64,000 nucleotides of DNA from positions 124,001 through 188,000 of the forward strand of contig JBFLGF010000006.1 of the NCBI GenBank assembly GCA_050230475.1, given 5' to 3'. A program made the position numbers and the translations under genes. Positions within the stretch are counted from its first letter, which is position 1. Each line of letters starts with the position of its first letter. The stretch comes from Ancylonema sp. Its lineage: Eukaryota. Below the pieces are notes generated by a model. That model was not told the DNA's origin and did no database searches. It worked only from the letters and a program-made list of their open reading frames with translations. Below, piece by piece: positions 1 to 12,273 of this stretch.

Positions 1-2075
1 ACCAGGGTCGCAGCGAATGTAGGGACGTGCATAGCAGTGAGAGGGACGACGAAGAAAGAGTCGTCGTTCTTCACTCGAATATGTACGAAGCCTGTGCCCT
101 CGACCTTGTGAGGCGTGCCGTCAGCCGTGTGGATGAATGAGTGCTGCATCGGGACGTTGGTGTCGTACTCGACGAAGTGGTGTCTTTGTTCGTGAAGACG
201 TGATCGGTCGAGCCTGAATCAAGCCACAGATGCGAGCAATCAGTTCCAGCTCTGCCATGGCAATCCGTGCATCAGATGAGAATGCTGCATAAGCTAGGGA
301 TTTGGATGCATCGAAAGGTGTGTGTTTGAGCATGCAGCAAGTCGAGCTTGAGCTTGTTCACGAAGATTAGCATCACGTGCGGCCAATGCTATGTCAGATT
401 TACGCTTCATGCATTCTACCAATGTATGCCCGAGCTTATCGCAGTATCTGCATTTTGGTTTAGGACTGCCACTTCCGTGGCCAACCGATCTTCCACCTCC
501 CCCTTGCCATTGCTGTCCACACTGCGACAGCTTGTGGCCGATCTGATTGCATGGCGCCTCATCGGCGGACGTGTAGGGCAGTCCGACTTCAGGTGGCTAT
601 ATTGGTTGCAGCCGTAGCACTAAACGAAGCACTGAACTCTCGTCAGGTCGCGATTTCCGGGACCGCCACTCCCACCTGGTCGACTTGGGCCAGCTCCGGA
701 GCTGCCCGAGTAACCCCCTTTCCCCACAAAATTAGCCTGCTGCCCTCCCGGCAGCACCCCTCTTTTGCGGTCGTTGCAGACCTCCCGTCGATCGCCACCG
801 GACAAAGTGTTGACGGCTTGAGGGATCGTGAAGAGTGTTGGCGCAGATATCGCCCAAGACATCACACTCTCCACGCGCGCGCTGTAGAGTGTTGAGGGAT
901 TCAGGAAGTTGATCGTTTGCTTCGCATGCTTAAGTGGCTCTCCCAGATGCCCCAGACGATCATGTAGCTCCTGCTAAAGCCGCTTCACGTAGTCGCTCAG
1001 GTCCTCCGCCTCCCCCATGATAATCGCCGTGAGCTCAGCACCCTCAGCGTTGGCGATTTCAATGGCTCCCTAAATGTCGTAAAAGGCTTTCAAGGCGTCC
1101 CACATATCCGCTGCAGTCTCGCAATTTCGTACGTGCGAGCTTCCCCGTCTCGAGGTGTTTGACGATGTACGACGCCATTGCAGCGATATTCTTCTTCGAC
1201 CAGGCCTCTCGAACGAGAGTCTGTCGACCCGATGAGCTGGGTGCGTGCCGTGACCCGTTCGAGCGACGTCCGCAGCATCCATCCAGTGCATCAAGCTTCC
1301 TGCGTGAGTGGTGGAAGCACGACAGGTTTCGCTTGCCTCGGGGATTCGCCCCAATCCATGACAATGTCATGCAGCTCCTTGTTAGCTAGCCGAACTTCAC
1401 TTTGAAGGCCCAGCCCTTGTAGTCTGCTCCTGTGAAGACCGGAATGTAAGCTTTCTCCGTCATTGTAGGCAACAACTGTAAGGCTTATCGTAGTCAATTT
1501 CTGAGCGTGTTTTGTAATGCAGCTCACAGCTCAGAATCCCTCTCCGCAGTAGATCGCGTGGAATGCCTGTAGTTATTAACACTACGTCGTTAACTAGACC
1601 GCTAGTGGGTCCATAACCTTTTGGCGTTGATACGTGATTGGTGTGCGAGATTGCGTGATTCTTTCCGTACAACGGACTACGTCTCTCAGAACTGATCAAT
1701 GACAAGTATTGTGTTGGAAGAATAATACTGAATGGTCGGCATCGGGTAGATATACCACGATGCCTTGTACGAATCGAGAATCAACAAAGTGTGCCGACGG
1801 TCGGATCTACGGACCGTCGGCCTATCACAACACAGCAACAGTCAGATCATGTCAACGGCACATGCCGGACAGTCTGACAAGACATAACGACTAGATGCGG
1901 GAACCGTCTAGAAACACACGTGCCCTAAACGGCATAATTGAAACGTCATGTTCGGGTGCCCGAACACAAGTCCGGCCCCTCAATACAAGCACACCCTAGG
2001 AATCCTACCGGTTGTACTAACCGGTAGCCCGGACTAGCATACTAGCAAGCATGGCTATCCGATATAATTCCTACA
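1..2075 (-). mobile_element. Ty1/copia LTR retrotransposon (family A), 5' part: 5' LTR 1619-2075, PBS 1605-1618, frameshifted gag; runs off the window start
   Basis: The LTR is homologous to 37798-38252 and starts TGTAGGAATT on the minus strand. The PBS reads GGTTATGGACCCAC. Gag fragments (AAMASYIVKHL, ADMWDALKAFY, PTLFTIPQAVNTL) match the gag of the element at 52781-59438. Confidence 0.88.
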
Positions 2076-2324
2076 ACATGAACTGCAAACCGCTTCCGAA
2101 CCGGATCTTGGATGGAACGGGTTCCAACAAAAGTGGCCGCGGTTCGGAACCGGAGGATTTATGATTTTTTCACTTAAACAACATATGGAGGGGTTATACG
2201 GCACGGAATAAATCGAAATAATAAAAAAATAAAACGAATAAAACGACTTCGGTAGAAGTCGTTTTATTGAGTCCTTGATTTTTTTTCTTCACTCACATTC
2301 TTCATCATGGTAAGAGATCCGGTG

Positions 2325-2565
2325 TGTATGAGGGTTGTTCTATGGGCAAGGGGCAAGATCCACTTCATTTCGTGTAGGTCCTCGTGAAAGGGTCACCGAG
2401 CCGTTTGATTGAGTCTATGTCGATTTAGCGGGTCCTTTCACACCGATGATGGGCGCTTGTTACAACATGGTGCTCGTCGACGAATTTACCAGTTACAACA
2501 GTTACAAGTGCTCGATACCCTTGAAGGATAAGGCGTCGACAAAGGGCTGGTTGAATGAATGGGTA
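2325..2565 (+). pseudogene. Copia integrase N-terminal fragment
   Basis: Hand translation with a frameshift and a stop: EGCSMGK...EPFD*VYVDLAGPF...VLVDEFTSY...LKDK. Confidence 0.75.
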
Positions 2566-2575
2566 GGGATATTAG

Positions 2576-2625
2576 GATATTAGGGGTAATACCTCAATAA
2601 GTATTGGGGTATTACCCCTAATATC
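2576..2625. repeat. Near-perfect 24-bp hairpin with 2-nt loop
   Basis: GATATTAGGGGTAATACCTCAATA-ag-TATTGGGGTATTACCCCTAATATC, one T/G mismatch. Confidence 0.9.
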
Positions 2626-2689
2626 TACTAAATCTCTCCCTATAATGAATCACGTCTGCGCCGCGCCAAATCAAGAGTTCTGCCGCACT

Positions 2690-2810
2690 CTAGGTTGCAC
2701 AATACGCACAATACGCTGAGTTATCATACGCTAAATACGTGTATTGTGCTCCTAACGTATTAATACGTTGAAATACGCTTAAAAATACGCTAAATTTTGA
2801 ATATGTATTA
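2690..2810 (+). repeat. AATACG-rich terminal-repeat relic related to the inverted repeats at 37543 and 41356
   Basis: Starts GGTTGCACAATACGC and has several AATACG motifs, like 37543-37644. Confidence 0.5.
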
Positions 2811-3150
2811 ATTTTCGGTATGAAATTGGAGGTATGGCTGGTTTTTCGAACAACATATCGAGGTCCACGTCGTTTGAAAGCGAAATAACAAAAGTGAAAT
2901 TTATTCGATACTACATCGGACGGCAAAAAACATTTACATTCTCGCTAGTAGACCTCATCCGACCGTTTAAGTTCAAGTTTAGGAGTAAGAACAGTAAAAC
3001 TATGAGTAGAAGTAAAAGTAAGACTCATTAAATTGTTATTGTGAATCATTGTTTTTTCAAGAAACAATGATTCACATTATATAGACTGTATCCAAGAAAC
3101 TATCTTGGATACAAGTATTGCATTCGTTGTTAGATTCTAGCATTAACAAA

Positions 3151-6100
3151 AAACTTTTCTCGATACTCTACAGATGCGTTGCTTATCGGTGCAAGGCAAA
3201 CTCGGAGGAATTACTAGGCATGACAAAATAGTGCAAGCAGACTCTGCAAGCAATAGTTGAGGATGGTAGAAGTAATTGATTTGGAGATTCCAGCCAAGTT
3301 GGCCTTATCTCTTGCGAGTACAAGATTTACTAGAACTTCCTAGCGAGCCAGATAAAATGGCGCCGCTATCCTAGTCAATCTATGGTCTATGTCTAGTCAT
3401 CCTTATCTTTATTTATTCCCTCTTTGCGTCACTACTTCGAAATGTGACTATACAATTTTGTATCGATACCCGTATATATGTATTTCTAAGTGATTGTCGA
3501 TTTTTCGTTCTATCGATGTCATGATCTAATGCTACTCAATTCGTAGCCCCTAACAATTACTAAGAAAACTTCATTCATGCATTATTATGCATTTACAATT
3601 ACATTCTAACACACCCCCTAATTGAAAATGCATATTCCCCCTTTCTTTAGCTCTCACACCTCATTTGTCTGGTGCCTTCAATCATGCTACACCCCCCAAT
3701 GTTGACATCCCACATTTTCTTTGATCTCCTCACTCCCCAATCTTATTGTACAAAGTATAGAACCTATGACTTTCTCTCGTCTATTCCACGTTCCTTATCT
3801 TTTCACTTCCGACATTGTACCATCTTACTTACTTCTTTCTTTTCTGCCTTTAGCAACACCTCACTTTATTTATTTCCATCATCTCACTACTCGTCGATGT
3901 ATATTCCGTATTCTTCGTCACTCTCTTCATTCCTATTCTTTATGTCCTCAGGCTCCCACCCATTTTTGACAGACCTGTCCACCCTTGCCACACGCCCTGG
4001 AACGTGCAGTGATCGCATCTTGCTCCCCTGGTACTTTATCTTTCCAATGTTCTTTACTGCCCGCTGTGCTTCCTTGATTGATGCTCTCAGTTTTCATTCT
4101 TCGTCCGTTGTCTTGCTTCTTTGCTGCTTCCTCCTCTTCGCGGTCCTCCTCACTCTCATCCACTAGCTCAGGCACGTCTTGTTCTTCCGACTTCACTTTT
4201 CGAGAAGATCCAGCTTCCTGACTCACTTCCTTGTCTTCTCTGTTGGTTGCCTAGCTATTGTTGATGATGCAAAAATCTTTCCCCACTCGCTCATTGATGT
4301 CCTCGTTGCTTTCTGGCCTCTGGATCATGGCTGATGCATCCCCGTACTTTGTTCGCTGGAGTGAGTGGTTAGATGCATGCCTGCTGCTGCTAATCTCACT
4401 TAGACCGCTCAACATCATTGCTTCTGCTTCTTCATTCACTTCCCTTGTCATGATCCTGTGCCTTATTTCTCTTGGCAGGTCTTTCCGGACTGGAATTCTA
4501 TCTAAGTTTCCTTTTGCATATGATTTTTCTGCCACTCTCCATGCTTCTGAACCCCATCAATGATGCATTTCCTCTCAAGTGCCTGCTTCCCGCACAAGTC
4601 AGTGTGCACGTATAGATGACTCCTCCCCACGAACTCCTTCGTGTGGCACACTCTCCCGTCCAAGTAGGCTCTGAAGTTCTTGTCCAAGGTTGCCGTGGCG
4701 AGCTGATGCACTTTGCTGTTGTCGACTCGTCCTTGTTCCATGTTGGAGCCATATGCGCGGCCGAAGATCACCTTGCCATGTTGCAGGTGATAAAACGGAA
4801 GGATTGTGTTCGCCATCAGCTTTTGCGTGGACAAGAGGTTCACACTTCCGTCTGGGATATAGAGTACTCCACAGATGTGGGTGACCATCTTCCCGAATTA
4901 TCCATCGAGTTCTAGCAGAGCTGTTCCCACGTGAGTAACCCTTGTGGTGCCTGTCATAAAACGCAGCACTATCTCCTTTTCAGCACACTCCAGACCATGA
5001 AACAAGCTGACTTCCGTGCATACGTGATGCGTGGACCCAGAGTCTAGAAGCCAGCGCACTCCTTTCTTCTCGTTCTGATGTCGACGCACTTCTCCGCCAG
5101 AGACTGCCTCACAGGTTGCCTCGGAGATTGTTGATTTCACAGGTACAGTCTCCGCCTCCATTGCAGCTTGATGTGCACCTCCCTCCACCTTTGAGGTAGT
5201 GTCTTTCTTCTCACGGAATTCCAAAATCCAGGTCTCTCATCGATTGCTCAATTTTCTCGATGGTAGGCTTAGTGCCGGCAAGCTAGAAGTTTATTTTGAT
5301 TTGCTGATACTGCGGGTTGATTCTTCCAAGCAAAATTCGTCGTTCTTGATCTGGAGTTACTGTCACCCCCTGATATTTACAATTTCTCTTTAGGACTCCA
5401 AATTGACTGAGCGTTTGATTTGCCGTTTCGTCGACGCCATGCTCAAATAGGAAGAGCGCCTCGTTTACCATGTCACCCGCTGCAGTCGAAATTTTGGCGT
5501 ATTCTCCTTCAATCGTTTCCAGAGTTTCACCGGGTCGCCTTGCTCGTCAATATAGTTGATGGCTTCGTCATCTCTGATCGACTGCATGATCATGCTGCAT
5601 GCACGTCGCTTTGATTTGTCCCAATTTGTTTGGGCGAGAGTGGCTGCGTCGATTGCTCGTTGGTTGGTGGCTGCTCCGGATACGAGGATTGGGGCTGGGG
5701 GATTGGCAGGGCGTAGTTCAGTGCCAAGGGTGAGTTCAAGTGCCTCCACGTTGTCTAATGCTCTCGACATCTTTGCCTCCCATGCAACATAATTCTGGTA
5801 AGTTCATACCCTGATCGCAAATTTCCGGCTCTGATACCATGTTCAACTTCATTCATATTTGCAATAATCTTTCTTGTCGATGTTTTCCAAAAGATTGCGA
5901 CTTGCTTCTTTCTGACTTGCAGCCTATACGTCGGCTCTTTTCAATGCTGACCTCTGCCTCTTTGGTGGCAGGACAATGCTGACCTCTGCGTCTTGGATCG
6001 CAGGAAACTTCTGCCTATACGTGGCAGGAAACTCTTCTCGATACTCTACAGATGCGTTGCTTATCGGTGCAAGGCAAACTCGGAGGAATTACTAGGCATG

Positions 6101-6489
6101 ACAGAATAGTGCAAGCAGACTCTGCAAGCAATAGTTGAGGATGGTAGAAATAATTGAGTTGGAGATTCCAGCCAAGTTGGCCTTATCTCTTGCGAGTGCA
6201 AGATTTACTAGAACTTCCTAGCGAGCCAGATAAAATTGCGACGCCGCTATCCTAGTCAATCTATGGTGTTTGTCTAGTCATCCTTATCTTTATTTATTCC
6301 TCCTTTACGTCACTACTTCAAAATGTGACTAAACAATTTTTTATCGATGCCCGTATATATGTATTTCTAAGTGATTGTCGATTTTTCGTTCTATCGATGT
6401 CATGATCTAATGCTACTCAATTCGTAGCCCCTAACAATTACTAAGAAAACTTCATTGCATTATTAAGCATTTACAATTATATTCTAACA
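3151..6489 (-). mobile_element. Non-autonomous copia derivative B, copy 1 (gag + protease only; 5' LTR 5840-6489, truncated 3' LTR 3151-3611)
   Basis: LTR pair; PBS TGGTATCAGAGCC (5827-5839); PPT next to 3611; copia-type gag (5283-5770); protease WLLDSGSTHHVC. No RT or RNase H in the 2.2-kb interior. Confidence 0.9.
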
Positions 6490-6839
6490 ATATGAAACGT
6501 GTCAGACTGCTGTCCAGATGTAGTTTACGTGAAATTATCGATTGAGCTGCAGACTTCTTTGTTTGATTTAAAAATTTGTGAGCAGCTGTTCTTTAACTTT
6601 GAATAAAATCTCATAAAACATCAGATTTTTCCAAGCAACCACGGCGTTGCTACAAATATTGGTGTGCAGAAGTGTATTCACCATCTACTGGATCCAGGTT
6701 TTTCACCACAAAAACCGTTTTTCCGAGACGATTTTCACCCTCATTCCATCGTTTTCATCACCGGGGCATCAATCATTGCTGTGATACCGATAGTACCCTT
6801 TACTGTCACCCCTAAACATATTTTTGACACCACCGCAGA

Positions 6840-7400
6840 CGACATGTGTGAACAGAAAGTACCCTTGTATTCTGGAGAGGTCGGTAATAAACATGAGGAA
6901 TTTATCGATGCATTGTGGTCATACTACAGATACAACACTTCCAACGAACGGAACGGACATGTCCAGTGGGACACAATCGAGTATTCAGGTCAATTTAGAA
7001 AGGGTATAGCTCACGATGTCTGAAAAAGTTTAGGAACGACAATCTTGATGGCTACTTGTGACACTCACCGTGAGAAGAATTCTGAGATGTACTATTGGCG
7101 GCAAATTCCTAACCACCGCTATGGTTAGAGCGACACCTCTAACCGGAGCAAAACCTGACGAGCATACCACCATTTGCAAGGAGCTACGTGACCGTTTTCT
7201 TCAATCTATCTATGAACAAATCACCAAGATCTAGAACTTCAAACCATTGTCTACCACCGAGTCCGTGTCTTCTTGGTACAATCGTTTCAAAGAACCTGCA
7301 CAGATTGTTGTGGAACATAAGGCGATGACGACATAGAAAATCAGATGACATGTAATCTCATGTGTGCACACCATGGACGCAAGACTCGATTGTTTCCAAA
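6840..7400 (+). pseudogene. Degenerate gag relic homologous to the gag at 34035-35645
   Basis: ELRDRFLQSIYEQITKI*NFKPLSTTESVSSWYNRFKEPAQIVVEHKAMT aligns by eye to RIKKRFRTSSAEYLNKLDNITISPTDTVASIYSRYNDVATVVENARAMT; HEEFIDAL aligns to QDEFINAV. Confidence 0.65.
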
Positions 7401-8948
7401 GACGCATCACCAAAATGGATGCAAACTTGCATCCATACAGAAAAACAAATGTGACGATTTTAGTCACCTTATCATCAAAGATCTACTCATCTAGCCTAGC
7501 CACGTTTCCTAACTCTTTTGGAAACAATACAATGCAAATGCATTTGCAACCCGGATCACCTTGACTCAATCGGTGCCGTTCATCAACCTCAAGTGTGGCT
7601 AGATCTAGTAATGAGAAAAATATCTAACGAATTCGGCATCACAACCGCCACACAAATATTGAGCGGATCCGGCCATAATGAATGGTCCCGGAGCCGTTCA
7701 CACCACAAATGTAATAATTACTTCCCAGACAAATATCCTACTCTTTATAAATCAAACCCCCTCACAATAAATATTCCCTACAAGGTAAGACTTTAGCCTA
7801 TAGGCACTAAATGCCTTCAATCCCCCTCCTTGAACTCGTACCCTCATGCATTCTCCATCCCAACTAGAACCTCTCCAACATTCAGCACTTTCAAAGTAGC
7901 GTGCTTCGTCAACATATCAGCAGCCATCTCCCTAGTCCGCACAAAATCAAAAGTTACCTCACCCCTCTGACCTCTCTCTGATAAAATGCCACTTGATGGC
8001 AATGTGTTTTGACCGCATTTGTGGAAAGCAGGGTTCTCCACAAGCTTGATCGCCGCGTGGTTGTCAGCAAGAATCAACACGCCACCCTTCTCCCCCACGA
8101 TCCCCATCTCCAGCTCTACCTGCAGTTGGCTGAGGTACAGTGCCTCGCACGAAGCCAAGGTAAAGGCCATGTACTCTGCCTCACAAGAACTCAGCGCTAC
8201 CACCTCCTGCAGCTTGCTCGCCTAGCTAATAGCACCCCCAACACTCAAAAATACATAACCACTCCTGCTCCTCATGGTGTCAGAGCAAGTGCCATAGCTG
8301 GCGTCCGAGTACCCCCGTGCAACTACCTGCTCCCCCCTCTCATAGAATATCCCCTCTTTAGCAGTCTTGTGCACATAGCGGACCACCCGCTTCGGAGCCT
8401 CCCAGTGCACCTTCCCAGGGTTGCTAGAGAACCGGCTCAACTCACTGACTACCACGGCCAAGTCTGGCCGTGTCCACGTAATAAGGTACATCAGGCTCCC
8501 CACCAGGCTCCTGTACGGCTTCTCTAGCATCTCCTCCTGCTCCTCAATAGATGAGGGACAGTGCTTCACACCCAGCATCACCGCGGGGTCAATAGGAAGA
8601 GCAGAGAAGTTGGCATCCTCCATCTGAAACTTTGCCACTATCGCCCTCCCGTACTTCTCCGGTACCAGGAGTACCCCTCCTCCCTTCAACCTCCGAATCT
8701 CCACACCTAGCAGGTACTTAGCCTCCCCTAAGTCTTTCATCTTGAAGAATCCTCGTAGAGACTTCTTGTCCCGTACCGTGAGCTCACTCTTCCCCACAAG
8801 AAACAAGTCATCCACATACAGGGCCAGGAACATCCTGTCTGCACCTTCCCCCTTCATGTACAAGCCATGATCCATCTTGGAGTGAACCCACCCAAGTGAC
8901 CTGAGCACCTCGTTTATTTTCTTGTTCCACATGCGTGGAGACTACTTA

Positions 8949-11750
8949 TGTTAGAGTCGGCGAAAGGTCGACTCTAGCTTATCAGTAAGCACAATTCACA
9001 ACACACAACACAAGAATCGAGTAGTGCAATATGGTGGAAAAGTACATGAATTGATCATAGTGCATAATGAGCACTCCTGAATGGTCTAAATACTAGTCTG
9101 AATCTAGTGTCGGAACTGAACTCCTTATAAAGGGAACTGAACATAAACTCGATATAAAAACAAGTTGGAAGTTAGGGCCTAAGAAAGGTCTAACTGATGA
9201 TGAGATCTAATAACCTAAATAGGGTTTAATTACTAGGCGACCGGGATAAATAGCTAAGAGCTAGCAAAGGTTATGGCACTCTCTAGGGTAACCCTAGGGA
9301 CAATAGAGAGAGTCCTAACAGGACCCCCCCCTCAAGGCCGCGGCGTGCCGCGTAAGAATGATAAGGGCAGAGGCCGGGGCGGGCTCCGGGCGGGAAAAAT
9401 GAGCCCTAGACAGGCGGGGCTCCCGACGGGGGGGAAATGATGGCGGGGCTCAAAGGCATGGAAAAGAATGAGCCGGGGATCGTAAGGGAAATAACGGGCT
9501 CCCGCGAAAACGAAAGCGGGGGGCCGTCGGATGGACGGCTCGATGCAGAGGACGAAAAAACTGGAAATCTGACACTGACGGAATCGACCGTCCGATCTGT
9601 ATGTGTCAGAAACTGGCGTAGGATAGGATGGCGCCACGTTCACGAAAATGGATGATGGTGCGATTGCATATGCGTTGCTGGCAGATATGAAAGCTGTGTA
9701 GGGTGGAGATGCTGATTGAGGAAAATCCGAGTGGACGGCGGAGATGGAGATTAGGTTGTCAAAAAACTGGGCGAGTTGCGGAAACGCCGATGCGGAGGGA
9801 CATTGCCGAATTTCGAGGTTCCAGAATGTTCCGAGTACGGCCAGGATGCAGGTCCGGGCATTGACAGTTGGAGATGAGGCCACGTCGAGCTGGACGAGCC
9901 GAAATCTGGAGGCTAGGACCTCGATCCCCCGCAAGACCCCGCAAGCCTGGCGGCTGGAAGGCAGGCCAAAACCTGCATCCCGCACGTGCGACGGAGCTAA
10001 CTAGTGCCGGCAAAGGGCTCCCTCCGATTTCGCGAAGCGCTAGTAGTAGAGCACGGGCATATCAGATTAGACGGGTCAGGGACTGGGATGTGGGAGGGGA
10101 GGGAGGGGGGTAGTTACGAAAAACTCCATCGTGGTAGCCGCCGTGCAGGGGCACAGGGGTCGAGGTTCGACTCCTCGGGGAGTTCAAACTGGGAATTTGG
10201 GCTGGAAATGGGAACGGGTGGGGAGCCTGAAATGCTCTGGGAGGAGTAGAACTGGGTAGGGGATTAGGACGATGCGCCTTGCACGGAGGTAGTCGCGTGC
10301 AGCGGGGAGATGGGAGGAACTGGCATGACAGCAGGTAATGATTGCCATGTAGGCGGCAGCGCGCAAAGTAGCGGGAACGCTAGCTGATGGCGTGGCGCGA
10401 TGGGGCGGGCGTTGCGGTCCGAGCTGGGACTGCAGATTGGCGATAGGCCGGGCGGCAGGCGTACGGAAGCCGAGGTACGTGGGGGTGGCCAGAGGACGGA
10501 TGTGGGGAGTACCATCGAGGATCGGGGGGAAACAGGGAGGACAAAAAAGGTAGCAGGAAGGGAGGGGAGGGTGGGGATGGGAAGGATTGCAAGTCGGGAA
10601 ACTCGGGCGCTAGATCCATGCGCGGGCTGTCGGGAAGAGCAAGGGCTTGAGTAGGCGGGAACAGATGTAGCGACAAAGTTCGCTGGAGCTGGAATAGCTG
10701 CAGGAGTAGTTGCCGCACTGATAGCTGTAGGAGCAGAAGGTTTGGTAGCTTAGTCAGCAGCTTTAGGATAGGAACAGCAGCGTGAAGAGCTGCAAGGGGG
10801 GGGCTGGTAACGGAATTCATCGCAAGCAAACTGGCAGCAGAGGAGGCAGGCAAGCGTGTAGTAGAGTCAGCCAGGCAGACTGCTGTAGCAGCAGGAGAGG
10901 TAGGACCAGGAATATAAATACGATCAGCCTGGATCTTCAGCAGCTCGGATACTTGGAAAGATCGAAATCGTAGGTGATGCTGGAGGGTAGCGAGTGACAT
11001 GGGGCGGGGATCAGGACTGTCCTGAGGAAAGACAGCAATGTCAGCATGTAACTTTTTCATAAAACGTATTGTTGAGTCAATCTTGGTCAAAATTGCACGG
11101 GCCTGCTCTGAGGCCTGCGTGCCTTCGATTTCTATGAGGAAAGATGGGATTGTAAACGGTTTGAATGGTTCATCCATGTCGTGCTGAATGAAAACGAAGC
11201 CGAATGGCCAATGAATGGTTGGGTTAAAACTGGTAACCTGAAGCCGAAAAGGCCAATGAAGCCAAAATGGCCAGAATTGAAGCCGAAATGGGCCTATGAA
11301 GGGTCTGAAAACCCCGGAAGTGAAGATCAAAGTAGTATGAAAACTAATTTGAAAATCACCAATTGTACTCTGATCAAAGTGTTAGAGTCGGCGAAAGGTC
11401 GAATCTAGCTTATCACTAAGCACAATTCACAACACACAACACAAGAATCGAGGAGTGCAATATGGTTGAAAAGTACATGAATTGATCAGAGTGCATAATG
11501 GGCACTCCTGAATGGTATAAATACTAGTCTGAATCTAGTGTCGGAACTGAACTCCTTATAAAGGGAACTGAACATAAACTCGATATAAAAACAAGTTGGA
11601 AGTTAGGGCCTAACAAAGGTCTAACTGATGATGAGGTCTAATAACCTAAACAGGGCCTAATTACTACGCGACCGGGATAAATAACTAAGAGCTAGCAAAG
11701 TTAGGGCACTCTCTAGGGTAACCCTAGGGACAATAGAGAGAGTCCTAACA
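8949..11750 (-). mobile_element. Non-autonomous chromovirus-related LTR element E (LTRs 8949-9320 and 11380-11750)
   Basis: About 370-bp TG...CA direct repeats; TSD ACTTA/ACCTA (one mismatch) inside the RT of element D; poly-G PPT like that of the chromovirus; no RT or INT motifs. Confidence 0.9.
10380..11177 (-). CDS. Orphan 265-aa ORF inside element E, unknown function
   Basis: Open from ATG (MDEPFKPF...) in the position where gag would be; no domain recognised; low-complexity C-terminal half. Confidence 0.35.
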   Translation of the reverse strand: MDEPFKPFTIPSFLIEIEGTQASEQARAILTKIDSTIRFMKKLHADIAVFPQDSPDPRPMSLATLQHHLRFRSFQVSELLKIQADRIYIPGPTSPAATAVCLADSTTRLPASSAASLLAMNSVTSPPLAALHAAVPILKLLTKLPNLLLLQLSVRQLLLQLFQLQRTLSLHLFPPTQALALPDSPRMDLAPEFPDLQSFPSPPSPPFLLPFLSSLFPPDPRWYSPHPSSGHPHVPRLPYACRPAYRQSAVPARTATPAPSRHAIS

Positions 11751-12273
11751 ACCTAAGTCCATAAAGGCACTTCCACAACCTCCACACTAGGCCCTCTTGA
11801 CCCTCCTACTCAGACCCCTCTGGCTGCCTCACATAAACCTCCTCCTCTAAGTCAGCGTACAGAAACGCCGTGCTGACATCCATCTGCTCCATGCGGAGCC
11901 CCACAGAAGTGGCATAGGCTATCAAGGCCCTCAAGTTGTCGAATCTGACGGTTGGTGCAAACGTCTCATCAAAATCTACACCTTCCATCTGAGTAAAGTC
12001 CCTGGCCACTACCCTAGCCTTATACTTGTCCACGTTCCCATCCTGGTCAGTCTTTATGCGAAGCACCCACTTGGTTTCAATCACTTTCTTCCCCCTCGGG
12101 TTAGGAACCATCTCAAAAACCCCATTCTCAATCAAGGTTTCCATCTCCGAGTTCATTGCCTCTCTCCATTTGACTGCACCAGATGAGGCCATGGCCTCAC
12201 GATAGGAACCAGGAGTGTTCAACTCAAAAGCAGCAGCAAGCATAGCAGAGAAACGAGGAGGGGGCACACCCTT

